From the NCBI GenBank assembly GCA_964270895.1, contig OZ185437.1: a DNA stretch of 64,000 nt; one strand, given 5' to 3'. Shown here piece after piece: positions 55,967 to 64,000 of this stretch; the stretch's first letter is position 1; each line of letters begins with the position of its first letter. The stretch is from Podarcis filfolensis (Eukaryota). The translations under genes were made by a program, and so were the position numbers. The notes under the pieces are model-generated. The model did no database searches, had not been told where the DNA came from, and was given only the letters and a program-made list of their open reading frames with translations.

Positions 55967-56546
55967 TACTAGTGTACTGCTTATTTGATCACTTCCACTT
56001 CGTTCCATTCTGCCTGGAGCCAAGAAAAAGTGAGCCAAGAATAAACCATGGTTTCCTCATAACTTGAGAGAAACAAAGAAACCAGGCAGGGAGACAAACA
56101 AACCAGTTCTAGGCAGTGTTCAAAATTACTCAGGCACATTTTGCTACTGTCGTGTGTCCAGTTGCAACTACATGGAGATTTCTGGGCACTGGGTTGGCGG
56201 CCACAGTTTAAAAACCTCTGCCATAGTCCATAATTAATACAATCTCCATTTCCACTGTGTGTGTTTCTCTTTCTTGCACACTGGGACAAGTGAATTGTTG
56301 TAAGAGCAAGCTACAGTCAAGCAATGTAGTTGAGATCATACAATTGTAGATTGCAGCATTGGATGGGATTCCGAGGCTCATCTAGTCCACCTGCCAAATA
56401 GGTGTTCTGTTGCGTGTGGACCTGCACATGGTGTTAACAATTGTGTGGGTTGTTTCCATCTTCTATTTTACTTGCTAATCTTCTAACATACTAATATACT
56501 TGTTGATCTCCATGAGCCTGGAAGGAGGGGTACCTCAAACACAAAA

Positions 56547-56580
56547 TGTGTGTGTGTGTGTGTACACACACACACACACA
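56547..56580. repeat. Perfect 34-bp (TG)8T-A(CA)8 palindrome
   Basis: Read directly. Confidence 0.95.
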
Positions 56581-57689
56581 CGTACATTACATATATGAGT
56601 ATACTGTGACCCCCCATACAGACTATTCCCCATGCCTTTCAAATGGTAGTGTGACTCCAGTGCACATGCACTTCCTCTTCCACGCTTCATTCCATGTTTT
56701 TGTGTAATATGGATAAATGTATGCAAACACATGAGTAGCTCGCAGGAGCTATTTGATATCTGACAGAACGTGGCGTATTGAATAAGCAGCCTTCTGTGTT
56801 GCATTTGTTAGCGGCACAATGTATTCATAGTGTCAACCTTCTTAAATTCTTTCCAAGCCTTGCTATTGAGTCATTTGCCTCTGTCCCACATTTCTCTATC
56901 AAGACTGATTCTTTGTGTGATTCTTCAGCACCCCCCCCAAAAAAAATCTATTCACGTTTAATTTCCCTATTGAGTGAGATCATGTTCTTAAGTAACAATG
57001 GAATGACTATGCATGTTTGTGGACTTATTTAGAGATTATGTAGATTCATGCTGAAAAATGCCATAAACTGGATATTTTTATTATCACTATCTGTTAGCCC
57101 ATTCAAGTGCTGACGTGGATGATTTGTACTAATGTTTGCACAGTTGATCTGAAATGGTGGGAGAGCCATTACACGCCTTATTTGCTGTGAGTAAACAGCA
57201 ATCCAAGCTCAATACAGTGGCAGCAATGTTCTTGTCACCCGTTTGTCTAATGTAGGTGTTACTTGAACTTGCTTGTTCTTGGGAATTCATGTGATTCTCT
57301 ACCCACATTCTGAAATGACACCATTCCAAAAAGGATTGTTATCATGTGCCTTTTTGTCTTAATGAGATGGGGGTGTGTGTGTGTGATCTAGCAGGTCTCT
57401 GTGCAGAGCTCAGTTTACTGAATTATTCCCAAAGAGGTATTATGCTGCTGACAGAAGAGTATTCTTCAAAGAAATGCCAAATGTATAAACAAGCCTGTTT
57501 TTGGGGGTATAGGTGTGTGTCCCATTGCAGCAGAAAGAATTGGGAAATTCAGCAAAATGATACCTTGCAAGGGGTACAACCACCAGTAGCAGCAGCCTGG
57601 AAATAGCTTTGAAATGTTATTGAGACATCAAGGAGGATGTTTCAGGAGGGAGAAGGCGGGGAGTGACATATATATATTTATTCTGTCCT

Positions 57690-58195
57690 ACAAGGGCTGT
57701 GCTGTGTTTTCTAGATGATTCAGAAACTTCAACTGGTCCAAAATCCAGTAGCCAGATTACTGGCTGGGATTCCGTTTAGATCTCGCATATCCCCCATTTT
57801 AAAACAGGTGCCCTGGTTCCAAGTTTGGTTCCAGACCCAATTCAAGGTGGTCACATTAGGGTTTAAAGACCTAAATGACGAAGGCCCCAAATACCTGAAA
57901 GACTACTTGCTTCCCTGCAGACCTCTTTGGATGTTAGGATCAGTGGAGATCTCTTGGTTTCACCATCCTCAGAAGCTCCTGGAACAGAAACTTGAGAGAG
58001 GGCATTCTCTGTGGCAACCCCTAAGTTGTAGAACTCCCTCCCCACAGAGGTGCATCTTGCACCTCTTTACCTTGGCTGTTGATAGCTGCAATGTATCTTT
58101 TCAGGATCTCCCCCCACTCCGCTTACTTCTGTGATCATAAGTTGTTTTAAACTGATTTTCACATTGTGTTTTAATAGTCATAAGCCACCTTGCAG
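57690..58195 (+). mobile_element. L2 LINE 3' portion
   Basis: KLQLVQNPVARLL.G...ISPILKQVPW..V.FQ.QFKV..L.FK.LN..GPKYLKDYL. Confidence 0.8.
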
Positions 58196-59787
58196 TGGAT
58201 AGTAATAGTAATAATAATAATTAATGGTAACAATAATGGGAGATGTGTCCAGAACATGAGGGCAGCCACTGTTTTCCCCTCCCCTGCTTCGGGATGCAAG
58301 CATGCCTGAAGGAGCGAAGTGCCCTAAATTCAACTGCCCCAGATTGGTGTTACTAAACATATCACACTTTAGTTTTTGGAGTGCATCAATAATACATTAT
58401 ACAGAAAGTAAACACACTGCTAGGCAGGGCCTCTCTCGCCTTATTTGATGTAGAGCCAAGTATTGTCATCTCTCTTGATCTATTTCTTACCCTTCCTAAT
58501 GAGCAAGCTGACATTACAAGCTCATAAATATCTCTCTCCCAGAGCACACATTTCTTTTTGTTGCCTGAATCTCTGAGAAAGCAGTACCTTCTTCCTTGCC
58601 ACCTAGTTACACTTTTTTCTTTGCTTTCTTTCTTGTGTATTACATGTATATAATACCAAGTAGTATTATAGTTCACACTCACTAGTTAAAGCGATGTGGG
58701 TATATTTATATTGTTCCTTGCAATATCTAACTTGATAGACGGGGCAAGCACTATATTGCCAGATTTCAATTTTAATCTCTACACCCTGGATGCCAGGCAT
58801 TCTGTCTCTTACTAGATTTGCATAGGGCCTGGCAAAGATTATTGCTTGATAGGCTTTCTCCTGTTGGCAGGTAACATGTTTCTAGGCAGTGATTTTTTCG
58901 GGGGGGGCAGATGCAGAGGTACGTATACCCCTGAACTCTTTGTGAATCTTTGTACTTTTGTCCATTTATGGTGATTTTCTTGAGTCAAAATGAGAGCACC
59001 CCTAAACATTTTTTTTTTAGAAAAAAAGCACTATTTCTAGGTAATAAGAAAGTCATTTCACCAGGGCAGCTGTTTCTAAAAAGAAGCTCTCAAAGGATAG
59101 CATATTTCTCACCCATAATTCGATTTATAATTTTAATATCCATTTCAGTAGAAATGCACTTCGAAAAAAGACCTACACATAAATGTAAATTATTCCATCA
59201 CATGTGTTAAATAATGTGACCTGCAGAACTGATTCTTACTATAATAAATGTCACAATTTGTACATTTTAAAGTGCAACACACATTAGTTGATTCAAATTC
59301 ATCCCCTCTACTTAATACAGTAACAGCACAATCCTACATAGGTCTTCTCAGAAATAAGTCTCATTGAACTCAATGGAACTTTTCCCCCAGGCAGGATTCC
59401 AGTCAAAGTTAATTTCAGTGAACCAGTTATTGGCTAGGACTTGTTTAACAACTGCAGGGCAATAAATCTTCCAACATTTATTATTTTTTTGTGCTGTCAG
59501 TAGATGAAACAAGCTCAACTTTGTCCTTTGATTTCTTGCAAATGACTCCATATTACAATTACATAGCAGTTGTGTCCATCAGCTCTTCTTGACTTCTGGT
59601 GTGCTGTGAAGACATCGTTCTTTCTGTGGGTGAAAGTTGATTATATAGTTCTAGCTGATGCTTTTGTAGTGCAGTTTCTGCTTTTTTTTAATGATGTGAT
59701 TTCATTCTCTTTAGGCTGCTTTTTATTGTTCTCCTTTGGAAGCTTGTTAATGTTCTCTTTTGGCTGACATGTTTTTAAATTGTATTA

Positions 59788-59960
59788 CAGGCAACAACCG
59801 ATTTATGCACGCTCAGCTGATGTGCAACCACACACACGTGCATCACAGTGACCCGGAAGTGGCTGGAAAAGGGGGGTGGGGTGGAGCAGGCTTATACATG
59901 CTTCATCACTGTGTGCAGTGACCCAAAATGCAGCCCCATCACCAGTCAGGGGATTGCCTG
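59788..59960. mobile_element. Small Tc1/mariner-like MITE
   Basis: (ta)CAGGCAA...TTGCCTG(ta) termini. Confidence 0.5.
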
Positions 59961-60312
59961 TATTATGTTGTCTTATTTTTGTTAGCCATCCTGAGAGGTC
60001 TTTTCCAATGGAATGGGTTAATCTCTCAGTGAAAAAGAACAATACTGTGTGTGGAATATAGTTTTCCACCACCACAAATAAATAAATGGTGAAGAAGAGC
60101 CTTAATTGGGTTTCCTGAGATTAAAGGAGGTATTCACTTGTTAGTTTTGACAAATGTTTCTTCTCTTTGATCCAAGAAGTTGTGAGGTGCTCTTTTCCCC
60201 CAATTCATCTCAATGTTATTTCTTCAGCAGATAATACAGATGACATAAGCTGCCAATTATATTCAGTAGAATGGGAAAATATACTAACCCTACACAACCA
60301 AAACCACTTACA

Positions 60313-60358
60313 TGGTTGGTTGGTTGGTTGGTTGGTTGTCTGGTTGTCTGGTTGTCTG
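60313..60358. repeat. (TGGT)n tract shifting to (TGTCTGGT)n
   Basis: Read directly. Confidence 0.9.
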
Positions 60359-60859
60359 TGTGCAGTGTGAACGTTGTGAAGATTCCTCCATAAATACCAG
60401 TGGATGGGGCTAGTTTGCGTAGCCCCACTCAAGTGCTGTGGTTTCATCTGTGTAGATCTTGTTTTGATTGGCTGGTGAACAAATGTTGGCAGTAATCAAG
60501 GTTTTGTTCAATTTGACTGTGCCAGAATCACCTGCAGCCTGTCTCATCCAACCCATACTAATTTTGACACCGGAGCCTTTGTTTCGGGAATATAGTAAGT
60601 GGCAGGCTTTAACAAATGTTGGTGGTTTGTTAGGAGAATTGTTGGGCCAGTCACTAGCCCTCAGACCAATCTACCCCCCATGGATGCTGTGACGATAAAG
60701 AAAAGCCCATGTATGGGACTCTGAGCTTCTTGGAGAAGAGTAAGCTACAAATACCGTCATTTGGCTGAGCTTTCAGTAGTGGCAAGCAAGGCTACAAGTT
60801 GATGGAAGTTCGCTTCTCATGATGTTGAATGAGAGGGCAAACAATCCAAATGCCATGTA

Positions 60860-61530
60860 GGCAGTCCTGAACTGTGATGGATACAGAAGATAGGTTGCTT
60901 GGTTGGGTAGCGTCTATAGAGTTGACCTTGTAGATTTCTATAGCGTATATTCTGATGTGAAGCAGGTGGTATTTGTTTATATTCAAGATGGGCTTGATAA
61001 AGGGATTTTTTAAGTTTAATTGCACCAGCATTGGAACAGCACATCAGCGCTGGGCATTGGGATTGGAAATGATTTATTACCTTTTGATTCACAGGGGACT
61101 TGAGATGCTAAATGTGGTAGTTCACAAATGGAACGGAATGCTGAGCAAGTAACTGTGCAGGTGTGGTTATTTGCAAAGGTCTTCCATTTTTGAGACAGAG
61201 GCACTCGGGGAAAGTATATTTATGAGGTTTGAGCTTCTAAAGGAGACAGAGCCCCACAACTGCGACCTAATTTGCTGACGTATTACTTGGTTGTGTCAGA
61301 ATGTGCTGAGTGATAAGTATCCTGAAGTTGGCACTAAAGGAGAACGAGGAAAGCATGAACTAATGATTTAATGTTCCCTCAAGTCAACAAAGAGGCTTGA
61401 AGGAGGAGACCTTGGATTTATATCCCCAAAATGAGGGCATATTGGCATTCCAACAGAAACTTTGATGCACTATTTTTACCAATGGAAACTACAGGCCCAA
61501 ACATGATGGGTATTTCATTTGCCACCGGGA
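60860..61530 (+). mobile_element. Possible heavily decayed DIRS tyrosine-recombinase region
   Basis: Fragments FVYIQDGLDKGI and WIYIPKM...FDALFL.....MMG resemble DIRS YR segments; many stops. Confidence 0.3.
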
Positions 61531-62755
61531 AATATTACGTTGAAAAAGCATTGTCAATTTTCAGACACAATTTTAGCAGCACCAAAGAAGGAAATCTCTT
61601 CTTTTCACCTCTCCTGCTTTTCCCCTTCCTTTCTTCTTTGCACTCATTCCCATGCCTCATCTTCTCTCCTGTTCTGCAGTCCCCTTTGCACACAAGCCCC
61701 CCAGGATAACCCATTACTCTATCTATAAGGTAAACAGAATCTGAAGAGCAAGCTTGTTCAGTTAGAGACTATTAAATTCAGTCGGCAGATGCTATACACA
61801 TATGTTATGTGTATATTGTTAATGAAATATCTGTTCTACACTACTGCATGGAATCTGGAACTTCTTATAGAAGATAACCCAGGCTACCAGGAGTGAAATA
61901 CACTGTGTGAAGTTACTATGAAATGTATGAGGGCTCTGCATCCTTTATCTCTGATGAGGCAGCTGAAGAAGGGAAGAGAGAGACATTTGAGTACTCCCAT
62001 TGCCTCTTCTTACTCCACCGCACTGCAAATGCTCCTTTTAACCCTATCCACTTCCACCTGCCTGCTCCCCAATTCTTTCTCCTCTCCAGCTTTCTTCCCT
62101 ACTGTCATCAGAGCCCTGAAACTGTCACACACTCGCATCTACCTTCCTACCTCTTCCTTTTCCCTGCATCACAAGAGGACTGAAACTGTTGCACACAGAG
62201 ACGCCCTCCCCCTTAGCCCCCCCTAAATAATTTACTACAGACATGAGTCCCTATTTTTTCTTTCTGCCCCCTCCTTCCCCTGCCCCTGCCTCTAGAACCT
62301 GGGGAAGCGGCCAATAGGAACAGCACAATGATGGACTAGTGCAAATATTATATATCCACCTACTTCGGAGCCATTGCATTTTACAGAAGACCCCTGTTTG
62401 CTGCAAGTGTATGCATGCACACTTCTTCTTCTCTCCCTCTCCCTCCTCTTAAGATGTCGTTAAGTCTGATTGGTATCGAGTGTAGAATACAAGGTGATTT
62501 AAGAAGTTGCTATGGTAACTTCTCTTTTAAATGGGATGATGAAGTATGTTTGTGCTAGAAAAGCATCAAAACCAGTTTAGGGAATAATAACCAGCAAGCA
62601 AACAAGTTCTCCATTTCCCTTCCTACCACTTTTAAGAAATTGCACTGTCTTTATTTAAAAGCCTTGTGATACATTTGCGACTCCGGTCTCTGAAGCAGGT
62701 TGAAGGAGAAGTCTGTCCTCCTTGGCTCTTTCTCCCCCCCCCCCCATAATATTTA

Positions 62756-62997
62756 CAGTGGTACCTTGGGTTACAGACGCTTCAGGTTACAGACACTTCA
62801 GATTACAAACTCCGCTAACCCAGAAATAGTACCTCAGGTTAAGAACTTTGCTTCAGGATGAGAACAGAAATTGTGCTCCGGCGGTGCAGCGGCAGCGGGA
62901 GGCCCCATTAGCTAAAGTGGTGCTTCAGGTTAAGAACAGTTTCAGGTTAAGAACGGACCTCCGGAACGAATTAAGTTCTTAACCCGAGGTACCACTG
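62756..62997 (+). mobile_element. Tigger-like MITE, copy D
   Basis: TIR CAGTGGTACCTTGGGTTA / TAACCCGAGGTACCACTG; TA TSD. Confidence 0.92.
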
Positions 62998-64000
62998 TAC
63001 TGTATTGACACTTGACAGCCTTTTATCTGAGGGCAGAAAACCAGCCTGGCATTACTGTACTGTACTTCATACTAAAAACACTCATGTCTAACATCAGGTT
63101 TAGTGGAAGTAGATGCCTTATAAAATGGTAGCAAAGGTGGGACACTGTGTGAGATTGTTGCCTTTTTTTATGAGTAAAGCCAAGACTGTGGCTAACTATA
63201 GTAAAAGAAGCTGTTTTATCGCAAGTCAGACCATGGCCCATTAGCCAGCTCTTGTACTGCTCTATTCCACTCTGTTCTGGGCTTTGCTTACAATGTATGT
63301 TCCCAGCCAGTTGCCCCTTGAGGATAAAATATTCTTTAAAGTAAGAAAGAACAAAAGGTAAGGTGGACCTGAGAATGTGCTCAGTAAATGTAAGAACCGA
63401 GGGTGCTGTTTTTAAGGGGAAGAGAGAAACTATTTTGACAGTGAGGGTAACACCAGCAAAGAGAATGGCCAAATTCAGGATTATATCTTGGAATTGATTT
63501 TGGCGTTTAAATCGCTGCACTGTGATAAAACTGACTCCTAAACTGGCGTCTCTGTCTATGGCAAAGACAGGGACTCAGGATAAATTATTAAAAAGTGAAG
63601 ATGCAGTTGTTAGAAGCTACAGTGACAGGTGAAGAAATCTTTCCTTTGGCTGAATGTTAATGGAAACCATATGCGTGCAAGGATTTTGCATAATGTATTT
63701 TTGAGAGCAAGCAGATTCCATGTGTGACGTAAAGCCTCAGAGTAGAGGGCAATAATCCAGCTTTTGATAATGCATCCCTGCCTAATTTTGGTTTTCAGCT
63801 TTTTCTTTTTGCCCAAAAACAGGTATAGAAGTTCTTCTGTTGTGATTATAGCAGTGAAAGCTTCCACAGTGGCTGAGCTGGTGGAAAGAGTCCAATAGCA
63901 CAGGTGTCCCACCCAGGAAAACAATGCTGCTACCAGTGTTTTCAGAGGAGACATGGAACTGAGGCAAGAACAGATTGTGAAAAATCTCCTTGACCCTTTG

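Noticed and set aside
63023-63520. 165-aa minus-strand ORF
   Set aside because: Non-ATG start and no recognisable homology; chance ORF.
38300-64000. PKIB inhibitor-domain coding exon
   Set aside because: No GRRNA-type pseudosubstrate in the ORF track or my scan; it is presumably downstream of the window.

Overview
Vertebrate genomic DNA, most likely a squamate and probably a lacertid lizard (inferred from Sauria SINE, BovB and MITE content). The window holds the conserved HSF2-SERINC1-PKIB neighbourhood. HSF2 coding exons 2-13 lie on + (1455-13149; exon 1 is upstream of the window). A complete 10-exon SERINC1 lies on - (24247-16169, 450 aa), convergent with HSF2. A second CpG-island promoter at ~37.7-38.7 kb is assigned to the PKIB 5' end by synteny only; I found no PKIB inhibitor-domain exon (GRRNA motif). 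The rest is intron or intergenic DNA with RTE, BovB, L2 and CR1 fragments, Sauria and Squam2-like SINEs, Tc1/mariner and hAT MITEs, a solo LTR and microsatellites. Best leads: (1) a 1.14-kb non-coding retroposon with L1 insertion hallmarks (18-bp TSD, TT/GAAA site, 5' YY1 motif, AATAAA plus A tail) in HSF2 intron 4; (2) a candidate alternative PKIB promoter and first coding exon at 62.3-62.5 kb whose splice donor overlaps an RFX X-box; (3) a 53-codon uORF in the putative PKIB first exon; (4) loss of the HSF2 K139 SUMO consensus. Family names and human comparisons come from recalled knowledge, not database searches.
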